Made by a program: the position numbers and the translations under genes
Origin: Octopus vulgaris
Lineage: Eukaryota
NCBI GenBank assembly: GCA_951406725.2
Contig: OX597836.1
Span: 11,160,001-11,224,000, forward strand
Direction of reading: 5' to 3'
Length of the DNA: 64,000 bases
In this document: positions 27,271 to 41,520 of the stretch, piece by piece
How positions within the stretch are numbered: the stretch's first letter is position 1
Layout of the letters: each line of letters opens with the position of its first letter
Notes under the pieces: model-generated
Told to the model about the DNA's origin: nothing
Seen by the model: only the letters and a program-made list of their open reading frames with translations
Database searches by the model: none

Positions 27271-27582
27271 GTGAAAGATAAAGAGTCTTTGTTTCCTGGA
27301 GTATACGATAAAAAGTCACAAAGATTAAAACCCAAAGACAAAGCTAATTTGATACTGGTTTGTAATGATATAATGGATGATAAATTTTAATTTTAGCTGA
27401 CCAGGAAGAAGTATAGCTATCCGTCAAACACGAAAGAGAATAACAGAGTCAAACGTACCACGCTTTCAGTAAATATATAACGTGCCTCCATAGCTTTATT
27501 TATTATATCACATAAAAAAATTGTAGAATTGTTTTTTGAACACATCCACATCTGCTCCTCGCTGCTCTCCCTCTCTCACCCC

Positions 27583-27617
<35 letters not shown>

Positions 27618-27707
27618 ATATATATATATATATATACCGGAGTAAACACATGAATGTGAAACACGGTGGAAAAAAGAGTACTCAAGTACCAGGGGTAGAC
27701 TAATATG

Positions 27708-27881
<174 letters not shown>

Positions 27882-28167
27882 AAATATATATATATATATA
27901 TATATGTATGTATATGAACAGATGTGAAGGAGGAGAAAAGTATGTCAGTATGGTATGGAGGTTGATATTGAATAAATTGAATAAATTAGGAATCGTTGAT
28001 TTAACTGTAAGTATGCCGTGCTATCTGGGGGACGAGAAAATAGAAATGAAAAAAAAAAAAAAAGAATAGAAAATTTAGATGAAAGAAGTTGTTATTTTCG
28101 AGCCGTGGAAAATTAATTTTCTGCATTCATTTCCAGCATTCATTATTTTGTGTATATTATATAGAGG

Positions 28168-28211
<44 letters not shown>

Positions 28212-28503
28212 TTACTATATGATGAATCTTACAAATGAATGTTGAGTATCACACACACACACACATACGCACATACACACACATACACACGCGTACATCT
28301 ATAACACTTTTATCTATTATAATTACATCTATAATTTCTATTACAAATTATATATAGAAACTAGCGCTAGATATCTGTGAGTACGAGCATGTGTGTGTAT
28401 ATACGTACATATATCTGTATCTACATAGATTCTTCGGTCTTTCTACATACATACATAGCCATACGCACACACACACACACATGCACACACACTCACACAC
28501 ATA

Positions 28504-28912
28504 TACTCTTTTACTCTTTTACTTGTTTCAGTCATTTGACTGCGGTCACGCTGGAGCACCGCCTTTTAGTCGAGCAAATCAATCCCTGGACTTATTCTTT
28601 GTAAGCCTAGTATATATTCTATCAGGCTCTTTTTGCCGAACCGCTAAGTTACGGGGACGTAAACACACCAGCATCGGTTGTCAAGTGATGTTGGGGGGAC
28701 AAACACAGACACACAAACACACACACACACACGCACACACATATATATATGACGAGTTTCTTTCTGTTTCAGCCTACCAAATCCACTTATATGTTTTTGG
28801 TCGGTCTGAGGCTATAGCAGAAGACACTTGCCCAAGATGCCACGCAGTGGGACTGAACCCGGAACCATGTGGTTGGTAAGCAAGCTACTTACCACACAGC
28901 CTGTCCTACGCC
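28504..28912 (-). mobile_element. Family A SINE, full length
   Basis: Matches the consensus. Confidence 0.92.
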
Positions 28913-29779
28913 TTATATATGTATATAACATTATTATCTCTTTATAATTTGTAGACATTCACTGCTTGAGTTTATTCCTATTCTTGCGCATAGTGATAGA
29001 TTGTGCTTTTAACTTTTACAGCATCGTCTCTCATCGAATGGTAGTAGAAAGGGTGAAAAGTTGGTGGTAATGTGTCCCAAAACTGGAAGTCCGAAATAAC
29101 AGTAGTCTCCGCTGGACGCACCCACGATTCCAAGACAACAGAGTGGTTTTAAATTTTGGCAAAAAGCCATTACATTGATCCCGCTGGTACTTATTTTGTC
29201 GACACCGAAGATAAAATTTCAGGCCTTGCCTTATATCAGAAAGGATTCTTGTGGGTTGCCTCTGAACATCCCTTGACACCCGGTGTTAGCTTGTTTTCAT
29301 CTTCGTTACCTAGAAGTTTGTCAAAAAAAAAAAAGCGATAGACATTTAAGAAAAAATATAAGTACTAGATTCGATTTGTGTGACTGAATTCTTCAATGCA
29401 GGTCCTGTGAATAACAAGAGTCTTATAACTAAAGCAGCAAAGAAGAATAAAAGATAAACTTAAAGTCATCCTATTTACAGTAGAGATATGTTTAAGCATT
29501 TCAGCGGATTATAAACCGCTGTCCACTTCATATAGCTGGAACGGTCAGCTACAAATATCTATATTGATGTCGGTTTAAATTTTGGTAGAAGGCCAGCAAT
29601 TTCGGGATAGAGGACAAGTCGTTAACATCGACCCTGGTGTTCGACCCCGAAATGATGAAAGGTAAAGTCACCTTCGGAAAAATATGATCTCAGAACGTAA
29701 AGACGGACGAAATGGCGATAGGTATTGTGCCAATATTGCCAGCTCACAGCTTATAAGTCTGCTAATATTATTAGTGTGT

Positions 29780-30749
29780 TGGCAGAAATGTTAGCACACC
29801 GAGCGAAATGCGTAGCCGTATTTCGTCTGCCGCTACGTTCTGAGTTCAAATTCCGCCGAGGTCTACTTTGCCTTTCATCCTTTCGGGGTCAATTAAATAA
29901 GTACCAATTACGCGCTGGGCTCGATATAATCGACCTAATTCGTTTGTCTGTCCTTGTTTCTCCTCTGTGTGTTTAGCCCCTTGTGGGTAGTAAAGAAATA
30001 GGTATTACATCTGCCGTTACGTTCTGAGTTCAAATTCCGCCGAGGTCGACTTTACCTTTCATCTTTTCGGGGTCGATTAAATAAGTATCAGTTATGCACT
30101 GGGTTCGATATAATCGACTTAATCCGTTCGTCTGTCCTTGATTGTCCTCTCTGTGTTTAGCCCCTTGTGGGTAGTAAAGAAATAGGTATTTCGTCTGTTT
30201 TCGTGTTCTGAGTTCAAATTACGCCGAGGTCGACTTTGCCTTTCATCCTTTCGGGGTCGATTAAGTAAGGACCAGTTACGCACTGGGTCGATATGGACGT
30301 CTTAATCCGTTTGTCTATCCTTGTTTGTCCTCTCTGTGTTTAGCCCCTTGTGGGTAGTAAAGAAATAAGTATTTCGTCTGCCGTTATGTTCTGAGTTCAA
30401 ATTCCGCCGAGATCGACTTTGCCTTTCATCCTTTCGGAGTCGATTAAATAAGTACCAGTTACGCACTGGGGTCGATATAGTCGACTTAATCCGTTCGTCT
30501 GTCCTTGATTGTCCTCTCTGTGTTTAGCCCCTTGTGGGTAGTCAAGAAATAAGAAACATTTGCACCCTGGTGAAATGCTTAGCGGTATTTCGTCTGTCTT
30601 TATGTTCTGAGTTCAAATTTTGCCGAGGTCGACTTTGTCATTCATCCTTTCGGGGTCGATAAATTAAGTACCGGTTGCGTACTGGGGTCGATCTAATCGA
30701 CTGGCCCCTTCCCCCAAAATTTCAGGCCTTGTGACTAGAGTAGAAAAAA
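29780..30749 (+). mobile_element. Family B SINE pentamer
   Basis: Units start near 29780, 30001, 30185, 30368 and 30552. The first four end in tail 1 (ccccttgtgggtagt.aagaaata); the last ends in tail 2 (cccccaaaatttc.ggccttgtg.ctagagtagaaaa). Confidence 0.93.
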
Positions 30750-31449
30750 ATATTTATAACCATAGATGAGGATAGCAACCAGTATTCGTAAAGTGAAGAG
30801 AAAACTAAGCAGGAGCAGCGACATGATTGAACAAAACCTTCAAAGTCTACACTCCAGCTTGACCACAATCCAACAACGGAAACTGATAGAAGAATATAGG
30901 AATATAAGAATAAAAATAAAGGAATATAAGAATAAAAATAAAGGGCGAGAATAAAAATATTTAGAAAAAAAAATCGAAAATTTAACAATGTATCTTAGAT
31001 GGCTATTAAATTGAGAAAGACCATTGTGGAGAAGATTATAATTATTCGGATTATTAACCCCGCTTTATGAGGTTAATAGTGTTTGTAAAAAATGATTAAG
31101 AAACATTTGGTTATTGTTTTTTCTTCTTCTTCTTTTGTTTTTTGTTTTTGTTGTTGTTGTTGTTTTTATAAAATTTGCATCTGTACTATACTTCGATCAG
31201 TTTGATCTATGATGAATATCGACGAAATGTATACACGTACGTACAGAATATTTACATACGTACGTACATATATACGTGCATACATATATACATGCATCCA
31301 TACTTACATTCATACATATATATATATATATAGAGAGAGAGAAAGATGGAGAGAGAGATAGATAGATAGATAAGTGGACAGAGTGGCAGAGTGATACCTA
31401 CATACATGCATACATAGATACCTACATACCTACCTACCCACACATGTAT

Positions 31450-31830
<381 letters not shown>

Positions 31831-31994
31831 AGTGAGAAAGATTTGGATTTACAATTTTTAACTTGGTTCAAGAGACAAGGTCTACCTTCTAATATAGAAC
31901 TCAATACCTGACGTCATGATATAATTTTATATTTTTTTATTTAAAACTTGACACCTTAAAAGAATCTTTAGAAGCGGGTATGTCTACATTGATT

Positions 31995-32135
31995 TTATTC
32001 AACACATTTCCCTCTCAAATTCACACACATTGCTGATGTCTTTCAGTTTTTCTAACCCCAGTAAAAAAACTCGGAAGTTTGGGGCTCCAGCCAGGCCTTT
32101 CGCAATACCCAGGAGCTTTTCAGCACCGCATCGCA
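31995..32135 (-). mobile_element. Decayed fragment of a different mariner-derived non-autonomous element
   Basis: Minus strand has a TIR-like tgcgatgcggtgctgaaaagctcctgg, then frameshifted KAWLEPQTSEFF / LLGLEKLKD / CVNLRG / KCVE*, resembling the mariner C-terminus (W....EFF..G..KL....KC....G.YVE*). Confidence 0.6.
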
Positions 32136-32659
32136 TGCAGCTGAGATGTAACCATCTCTACCTGATATTTCTGGTTTCTTCAAAGCAATCACTAGGGTCT
32201 TTTGTTCACTACATTGGAATAGAAACATGTTCGGAATAAGAGCATCTGATATTACAAGCTGACGTGTGAAAGCTCTCTTCTTATTAACCAGCAAAACAGA
32301 ACAAAAAAAAAAAAAGAAAGAAATTCGTCTTAATTTTGCGCAGTCACTAACGTTAGTCACCAATAAAGCGGGAGTCACAAATGGATTGGATTGAGGGAAT
32401 TTTCTTTCGGAGACAAACATATTGGGAAAGAAACGAGAAAATGAAGAAACATGCAATTACAAAGGTAAGCCATTGTCAAGAAATACATCAAACAAGAAAC
32501 GATCAGAATATAATATAAGTCTACAATACAGGAATAGAACACATAAACAGAGCACAAAGCAGTAGGTTTAGTTTAAGTGAGAGAGAACAAATGGTTTTAA
32601 GGACAATGGGATTCATCACATGGCTTTACACATGTGGCACTAAGGATATAAGCCTTTCT

Positions 32660-33045
32660 ACCATAGGCACAAGGATTTTTGTGGGGAGGGGGACAATCGA
32701 ACACATCCAATCCAGTATTTGAATGGTACTTAATTTATCGACCCCGAAAGGATGAAAGGCAAATTCGACCTCGGCAGAATTTGAACTCGGAACGTAGCGG
32801 CAGACGAAATACCTATTTCTAAACTACCCACAAGGGGCTAAACACAGAGGGAACAAACAAGGACAGACAAACGGATTAAGTCGATTATATCGACCCCAGT
32901 GCGTAACTGGTACTTATTTAATCGACCTGGAAAGGAGGAAAGGCAAAGTCGACCTCGGCGGAATTTGAACTCAGAACGTAGTGGCAGGCGAAATATCATT
33001 GAGCATTTCGCCTGGCGTGCTAACGATTCTGCCAGCTCGTCGTCT
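32660..33045 (-). mobile_element. Family B SINE dimer (tail 1 unit followed by tail 2 unit)
   Basis: Two head-to-tail units. Confidence 0.88.
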
Positions 33046-33097
33046 TAAAAAAGTCAAAAGGATATAATAAAAACGATGTAATAAGAGTTGTGGACGA

Positions 33098-33324
33098 AAA
33101 GCGTGGCTGTGTGATAAGAAGCTTGCTTTCCAACCGCATGGTCCCTGGATCGTGTTCAGTCCCGCTGAATGGCATTTGGAGCAAGAGTCTTCTACTACAG
33201 CCTCTGGCTGAACAAAGTCTTGTGAATCGATATTCGAAGCGGAAACTGAAAAAATCCCGTCGTGTATATATATGTGGAGGTGTGTCTTTGTGTGTGTGTG
33301 TGTGTGTGTGTGTGTCTATGTCTG

Positions 33325-33356
<32 letters not shown>

Positions 33357-33530
33357 GTTGTGTCTGTGTTTGTCACACACAGCCCGTTTTCAAGCGGATT
33401 TGGTGTGTTTATATCCTCGTAACTTATTAGTTCGGTAAAAAAAAGACAGACGGAATAAGTTCCCGGCTTAAAACTAGAATACTAAGTTCGATTCTAATGA
33501 CTGAAAGAAGTAAAAGATAAAAAATAAAAG
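33098..33530 (+). mobile_element. Diverged family A SINE
   Basis: Recognisable head, microsatellite and tail with many substitutions. Confidence 0.75.
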
Positions 33531-33769
33531 ACTACAGCTTAATTCTACGCAAAAGAATTTAAGCAGAACTTGCTTACCAACCGCATTTCCATTTTTAATT
33601 GGAACTGCTTCACTATTTTTAGACATTTATTCATAGAACTAAAAATGCAACAATTAATCATTTTGAGTAGTTTGGAAATAATATTTGGCAAATTAAGCAC
33701 GCGCATTGTAGAATCGGTTGATAATAAGTAAATGCTCAAAGAATGCCATAATCAATTCTTTGAATGCTT

Positions 33770-33951
33770 CAGATGCATGCATACATGCATACGTACATAC
33801 GAACGTACATACGCACATGTATATATGCATGCATATATACATACATGCACGTATACTTGCATGCATGCATACATACATATATATGTATGTACGTATATGT
33901 ATATATATATATGTATAAATGTATATATATATGTGTGTGTATACACATACG

Positions 33952-33983
<32 letters not shown>

Positions 33984-34056
33984 ATATATACATACATACA
34001 TATATATATATAAATACATACATACATATATATATATACACACATATATATATATG

Positions 34057-34092
<36 letters not shown>

Positions 34093-34099
34093 TGTATGC

Positions 34100-34177
<78 letters not shown>

Positions 34178-34206
34178 CATACATATATATACATATATAT
34201 ATATAC

Positions 34207-34270
<64 letters not shown>

Positions 34271-34450
34271 CTGTGTGTGTATATATACATATTGATGTGT
34301 ACACACACACACGGATACATATGTATGTATGTATATGTATATACACACGCATGCATACAAGTTCACACACACAAATCACCCACACACAGACACACAAAGA
34401 CACACACACACAGACACACATAGACACACACACACATACGCACACACACG
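33770..34450. repeat. Compound TA/TACA/CA low-complexity tract
   Basis: Direct reading. Confidence 0.95.
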
Positions 34451-35026
34451 TAGTATGGACGTCCCATCTAACACACAACCTTTTCCCCCATTCTTCTCTC
34501 ACCTTTACATGCTTCTCGAATTCTCCCATAAACTTACTCTCTCATTCTCTCCATTCTCTTTGCTCTCCCCTTCTCTATCCTAATTTCATTTCGCTCTTCG
34601 CTCTTCGCTCTCCTCTCCAAATTTGCTCTTCATTTTGTCCTCTACGACTCCGAAGCTGCTTCCATCATAATTGACACACTTTTAACGATATTTGCTGCGT
34701 ATAAAATATCTTCCAGTCGTCGTATTTACTTAATTCCTTCTATCTTCTATAATTATTGCTATTATTTATTTTTTTTTTTTTCTCCACATTTTATTGTCAG
34801 CAGAGAGCTAAAAATAATAGAAAATATCCAATAATACATTCTTTCTTCTTCTTCTTCTTCTTCTTCTTCATGCACATTCTGTCTCTGCGTTTTTTTTTTT
34901 ATTTCGTCAAAAGCAATTTGCAGAGAATGAGTCTTTAAAATTTTATTTTCATTCCTTCGATCTCCTTCATTATTTCCTTCAATGAAGGATAATCTGACTG
35001 AAATAAATTATTCTTAGACCATGAGA

Positions 35027-35029
<3 letters not shown>

Positions 35030-35079
<50 letters not shown>

Positions 35080-35207
35080 TATACATACAAATATATATAT
35101 ACATATATATACATATATGTATATATGTGTATATATATATATATGCATATATATATATATATGTATATACATATATATATGTATATATGTGTATATATAT
35201 GTGTATA

Positions 35208-35289
<82 letters not shown>

Positions 35290-35407
35290 TATATTATATA
35301 TAGGTATATATGTATATAAATTCACGTTTAGTACTAGTATGCATGTAATATATATATATATATACATATGTGTATGCATGCATATATGCTAGATGCATAT
35401 ACATGCA

Positions 35408-35454
<47 letters not shown>

Positions 35455-35460
35455 ACATGT
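35030..35460. repeat. Compound CA/TA/TATC tract
   Basis: Direct reading. Confidence 0.95.
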
Positions 35461-36727
35461 TCGTATGTGCGACTGTGTGTGGATTTGCACTTGATGTTAA
35501 CCATGTTTTTATTGCGGTTTCACACTTAATTGGTAGACAACCAGTGCAGTTGTCGTTTATAATTCTCTCGGCTCATGAATCGTTTTCTTTTCATAAGTAG
35601 ACGACGATAATTTCATAATGGCTTCTAACCTGAGATTATAAACGCACTAAGAATCACTAGAATACTACAATAAAAAAAGCAAATTTTAGTGTGCAACTCA
35701 GTACTAAGCACTGAACATTGGTGTAGTGTGATAAGCAGTGACCATCGACTAGTATACTACCGACTCTTCATTCGTCACATATTGAAAAGGAGCTTGTGCC
35801 AATAATGTTAATCTAACTGTATATGTTGTGTGGTTCTGATTTTTGTTCTTTTTTTATTGTATCAACCGAAGCCCCGTGACCAGTGTCATAGCTTCTTGAA
35901 ACGACTGGAGTCTCTGGTCACTGGCTGTACTTTGGAGTATTTTCTTACCTTCGTAAATCTTCCGAAAGAACTGGCAAATAGCGAAACACCTTTTAGCAAG
36001 AGAGTTCTTTCATGCTTTGGGAGATGTTTTGAATGAAAACATTGTATGTAACTGAGACAAATCGTAACAGAACTATTAAAATTATTTTAAGCTAAAGCTT
36101 CTGTAATTAACGTTTCCATAATTCTGTGCCCCTGGAGGAAAACAAATCGTATATAAACAGTGGTATGAAATGAAATTATCTTAAGATAACATGAAATGAA
36201 CGAAACTAGCTATTAAAACAAACTCAGAAATATTATAACTATGGAAATATTAAGCATGTTAAAAGAATGTAACTGAGACAGGTGAAGAAATTTAGGTATC
36301 GTATCTCGAAGCCCTATTCAATTCTCAAGAGAAGCAGAAGGCTGAAATGATGCTAAATTTGCAGGGGCTGGCACAGTAATGCGACCCAGTATCCGATTCT
36401 CAGAAAAGGAAAGATCGGTAAAAAAAATTATACTTTGCTATTTTCAATTCGATTTTCGTGCCTATTTTCCCCACCGGCCATGAATATTTGTCACGTAGGA
36501 ATCCAGCAATGAAGTTACATAACAGTTGCTTTTGATACGACCCTATGGGAGGGGCACTTTCGGACTCTACTCCGAGAATCCTCCACGAACTTGCGGGCAG
36601 TATGAATGGATAGAAGGTTGGATATCTGTCAATTTGCTATATTTAAGTTACTTTCCTTTGCAGAAAGATAGATTTCCTTAGGTAGGAGATAGCATAATGA
36701 TCAGTCGATCAGTCGAGATATCATAAG

Positions 36728-36910
36728 GATCGCTTGACAACCGATGCTGGTGTGTTTACGTCCCCGTAACTTATCAGTTTGGCAAAAGTGACTGATACAA
36801 TAAGTACTAGGCTTACAAAGAATAAGTCCTGGGGTCGATTTGCTCGATTAAAGGCGTTGCCCCAGTATGGCCGCAGTCAAATGACTGAAACAAGTAAAAG
36901 AATAAAAGGA
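36728..36910 (+). mobile_element. Family A SINE, 3' half
   Basis: atcgcttgacaaccgatgctgg...caagtaaaagaataaaag. Confidence 0.9.
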
Positions 36911-36912
36911 TA

Positions 36913-37144
36913 TAGTCACAGGGACCCCAGTGCTCAACTGGTACTTATTTCACCAACCCTGAAAGTAAAAAGAATACGTCAACCTCGGCGGAATTTGAAC
37001 TCAGATCGTACAGACGGACGAAATGCTAGTCACAGGGACCCCAGTGCTCAACTGGTACTTATTTCACCAACCCTGAAAGTAAAAAGAATACGTCAACCTC
37101 GGCGGAATTTGAACTCAGATCGTACAGACGGACGAAATGCTAGT
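36913..37144 (-). repeat. Exact 114-bp tandem duplication of a decayed family B fragment
   Basis: Units start at 36913 and 37027; TAGT recurs at 36913, 37027 and 37141. Confidence 0.92.
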
Positions 37145-37602
37145 AAGCAGTGAAGATTTTTTTTTTAATTATACACAGCCATTATATATAAGACCAGAAC
37201 ATTTTATAAGAATCAACAGCAACATTTTCCATAAATCACATCTTGCCGCCTTATATAAGGCGAGAGACATTTGATAAGAACCGGTAGCGAAATCTTTGAA
37301 TTATATCCTGCCGTCTCATAGAAAGACAAAACATATTTGATAATTTAGTCTTCTCCCATACGCCAAAAAGGCAGAACGGATATGAGTGGAAAATCTTTGA
37401 TCAAAGGTCTGTTTGTTTAAAGTTGACCTGGTCAAATGAACAACAACAATAGCAAATATTATTAAAACATAATTAAATTTTTAGTAACAAAGGATAAATT
37501 AATAAGAGAAGAAATAATTACAAGTTAATAGAGACACTGAAAAATAAATCAAGTTTGTTTGATTAATGAAGACGGAGAGTTATCAATATATTTTACAGTT
37601 AA

Positions 37603-38391
37603 GGCGGTGAGCAGGGTGAAACGTTTGCACGCCAGATGGAATGTTTAGCGGTATTTCGTCTGTCTTTGCGTTCTGAGTTCAAATTCCGCCGAGGTCGACT
37701 TTGCCTTTCATCCTTTCGGGGTCGATTAAATAAATACCAGATACGCACTGGGGTCGATATAATTGACTTAATCCGTTTGTCTGTCCTTGTTCGTCCCCTC
37801 TGTGTTTAGCCCCTTGTGGGTAGTAAAGAAATAGGTATTTCGTCTGCCGTTACGTTCTGAGTTCAAATTCCGCCGAGGCCAACTTTGGCTTTCATCCTTT
37901 CGGGGTCGTTTAAATAAGTACCAGTTACGCACTGGGGTCGAACTAATCAACTTAATTCGTTTGTCTGTCCTTGTTTGTCCTCTCTGTGTTTAACCCCTTG
38001 TGGGTAGTAAAGAAATAGGTATTTCGTCTGTCTTCTTGTTCTGATTTCAAATTCTGCGGAAGTCGACGTTGCCATTCATCCTTTAAGGGTCGATAAATTA
38101 AGTACCAGTTACGCAGTGGGGTCGTTGTCATTGACTTAATCCATTTGCCTGACTTTGTTTGTACCCTCTATGTTTAGCCCCTTGTGGGCAATAAAGAAAT
38201 AAGAAACATTTAAACGCCGGGCGAAATGCTTAGCAGTATTTCGTTTGCCGCTACGTTCTGAGTTCAAATTCCGCCGAGGTCGACTCTGCCTTTCATCATT
38301 TCAGGGTCGATTAAATAAATACCAGTTACACACTGGGGTCGATATAATCGACTTAATCGGTTTGTCTGTCCTTGTTTGTCTCCTCTGTGTG
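37603..38391 (+). mobile_element. Family B SINE tetramer
   Basis: Units start near 37603, 37834, 38018 and 38202. Confidence 0.92.
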
Positions 38392-38991
38392 TTTGTAGTC
38401 TTGTTGTTATGAGGCCCACGATTACCTTGTCTTTCAAGTACTTCGTTTGAGAATCGAACGGACATGTTTTGCTGCATCATCTTTGCAGCTCTTCAAAAGA
38501 TCATTTAACTCTCTTTCCCGACATGCCGAGATATAGATGCATGAAAGGTCACTGACGGAATTATAAATAAAATTACTCCAAGCACAACGTATTTGCATAA
38601 CAGTACAAAATTAACTGCTTAGCAATGATTACTAGACTAGCAAGCAACACAGCGTGGCTTATGAATAAATTAGGCCCTTGGAAGTCTAATTTCACAACGA
38701 GACAACATACTTATTGATATGACTCTGTATATATTTATTTATTCATAAGCCACACTGTGTATAGCTATTTTAATAATGAAGACAAATATGTTCAGAGAGA
38801 TACGCTGTTTTGTTTTCGCTTATTATCTCCTTGCTTTAATATTAGGTCAAATAAGTCCTCTAATTGTGTCACGGAATGGTGAAGAGTGCGCGCCGAATAT
38901 TATCTTAATGGTCTGGCACAGTAAGATTCTTCATGTTATTGGGTTACTTTCAATGATTAGCTTATGATGAGGTATCACTATATATATATAT

Positions 38992-39025
<34 letters not shown>

Positions 39026-39104
39026 ATATAGTTATATAAGTATGTATATATGTATATATCTATACAGTTATATAGTTATATATATGATATATATATATGT
39101 ATAC

Positions 39105-39154
<50 letters not shown>

Positions 39155-39519
39155 ACCATACAGTGGGACTGAACTCGGAACCATGTGTCTGGGAAGCAGG
39201 CTTCTTACCCACAAAGCTTGCTCTTCAGTGTGTCAACATTACTGAACCTTAATCTTTTAAAGAGTGTCACACTCAACAAATATTACGCAGGCGAATGAAG
39301 CGTTTTACGACAGGAATTAGTTTAACTGCGGTTTAATAAACGTTTTGTCTTCTGTCATAGACTTTCAATATCAGTTTCTACGCAAAGTGAGCAAGTTTAG
39401 CTGGGGAGATGTATATGATATATAAACATCTTAATGTCGGTTGATGGTGTTGTCACTTATTTAGCACTTTCAGACAAATAATGACAAATAATTGTGGATT
39501 AATGAGTGGTTAGTCAGTA

Positions 39520-39756
39520 TATGTGTGTGTGGGTGTGTGTGTGTGTGCGTGCGTGCGTGTATATACGCGTGCACATGTAATATATATCTATATATATATA
39601 TATATATATATACATATATATATAACATATATAACTATATAACTGTATAGATATATACATATATATAATTATATAACTATATATATATAACTATATATAT
39701 ATACATATATATACACACATGTAAATATACATATAAGTACACATATTTTGACATTG

Positions 39757-39805
<49 letters not shown>

Positions 39806-39960
39806 CATACGTATATACATACATACACACATACGTACATACATATATACATACGTGCATGCATGCATGCATACATACATACGTACACACATACGTACAT
39901 ACATACATACATACATACATACATACATACATACATACATACATACATACATACATACAT
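39520..39960. repeat. TG/TA/(TACA)n compound repeat
   Basis: Direct reading. Confidence 0.95.
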
Positions 39961-40663
39961 AATCTTATACGTAAGAAGCGAAGACTTTCAGAAGAGAACA
40001 GACGTTCAATTAATATCATTATATAACATTTTGTTCCGATGTTTCGTTGGAAAATTTCTCATCAATTTATTTATTGAGCATCGTCCGATAATTATTATCG
40101 ACAGCTGATTGATAAATCGCAATGTCTCTCTTCAAGAATACATCAACTCATAACGATTAAGATGGCCGCTTTGGGTATCAGAACTACCTGACGTATTTTA
40201 TTGACGTGGGGAGGTCAGTTATGTTCTGATCGTATAGTTGCGTAGCCATATGACGGCTCTGTCAGATCTAAACTGTGACTAAGTGGGTATGGGATTAATG
40301 ATGTTCTAGGCATGACCATCTCGTAGACTCTGCTTGTCTAAAACTCTTCTACTCGTTTAATTGTACCCGTCGTTGTACTGTGGCCATGCTGGATGTTGAC
40401 ACAGTCAATCAAATCCACCACGCTACTTATCGTTTTCCTTTTTTTTTTTACTTTTTTGAAGACTGGTACTTGTTCTGTCATACCATTTTGTCGCTCTGAT
40501 ATGATGCGGGGATGTAAACAAACCAGCACCCAGATCTCAAGCAGTGAGAGCGCCATATAGAAATACAAAACGAACTGAGACACACACATGCGCGCGCATA
40601 CACACATGTATATCTTCCTTCTCTCTCTCTGACTCTTTCTCTCTTTTCTCACATATGTATATG

Positions 40664-40806
<143 letters not shown>

Positions 40807-40892
40807 GAATATTATTCCAAACATACTGGGAAAGATTCAATTTAGAAATATTAAATCAAATTTCACCAACATATTATATATATATATATATA

Positions 40893-41160
40893 TTAGAAAA
40901 AACCCACCTTTTATCAATTCAACAATGAAAAAATTAAATTATGCCATTCAGAAAAAATTATATCTTATAGAAAGATTAACTATAAGATAAAACATATACC
41001 AATAATTAAGTAATGTGTAAAATAATAAATAAAACGATATATTTTTTGCACTTTACTTAATCATTGTTATATATTTTATCTTATATCTAATTTTTCTATA
41101 ACAAGTAATTTTTTTATAAAAAGGTATAATTTTTTAACTGATAAAAGGTGTTTTTTCTAA
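40893..41160. mobile_element. Foldback (MITE-like) element with long imperfect inverted arms, flanked by (TA)n
   Basis: Left arm ttagaaaaaacccaccttttatca...tataagataaaacatataccaataattaagtaa; right-arm reverse complement ttagaaaaaacaccttttatca...tataagataaaatatataacaatgattaagtaa. Confidence 0.75.
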
Positions 41161-41180
41161 TATATATATAGAGATATATA

Positions 41181-41214
41181 TTGATGAGGTCACAGAAGTG
41201 CGACGAAAGAACTC
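41181..41214 (+). ncRNA. Degenerate minimal hammerhead-like motif at the start of a probable PLE terminal-repeat fragment
   Basis: UUGAUGA-gGUCAC agaa GUGcGAC-GAAA-GAACUC; the 5' strand of stem I is replaced by TA repeat. Confidence 0.45.
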
Positions 41215-41384
41215 TGGCTGAAATACCATTAATATAAAATAAAACTGAAGCAAATTAACATCAAATATATAATGCGTGGATTTTTATTGGCTAAAAATGG
41301 AGTACTGGAGTAATGGCGACCGGTAGGGAAGTTGATGACATCTATTTAAAGAATATCATCGTTTTTCGGTGGGATTATTCAATC

Positions 41385-41482
41385 TTGCTTTCTGTCATTC
41401 TCTATCTTTCCTTTTTTCTTTTCTATCTTTAGTTCTTTCTTTCTATCTTCCTTCATGCTTTTCTTTCTTTTTTTCTTTGTTG

Positions 41483-41520
<38 letters not shown>

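Noticed and set aside
29780-30749. Regularly spaced repeats resembling a CRISPR array
   Set aside because: Whole units of about 183 bp repeat with no unique spacers, there are no cas genes, and the context is eukaryotic.
30766-30954. Basic coiled-coil-like ORF, possibly a retroelement N-terminus
   Set aside because: Low-complexity A-rich sequence with no diagnostic motif.
36555-36592. Minus-strand hammerhead-like stem (GGAUUCU/AGAGUCC-GAAA)
   Set aside because: No CUGANGA box and no NUH/stem III.
40033-40068. Minus-strand UUGAUGA-G...C-GAAACAUC
   Set aside because: No stem I and a one-pair stem II; indistinguishable from chance.
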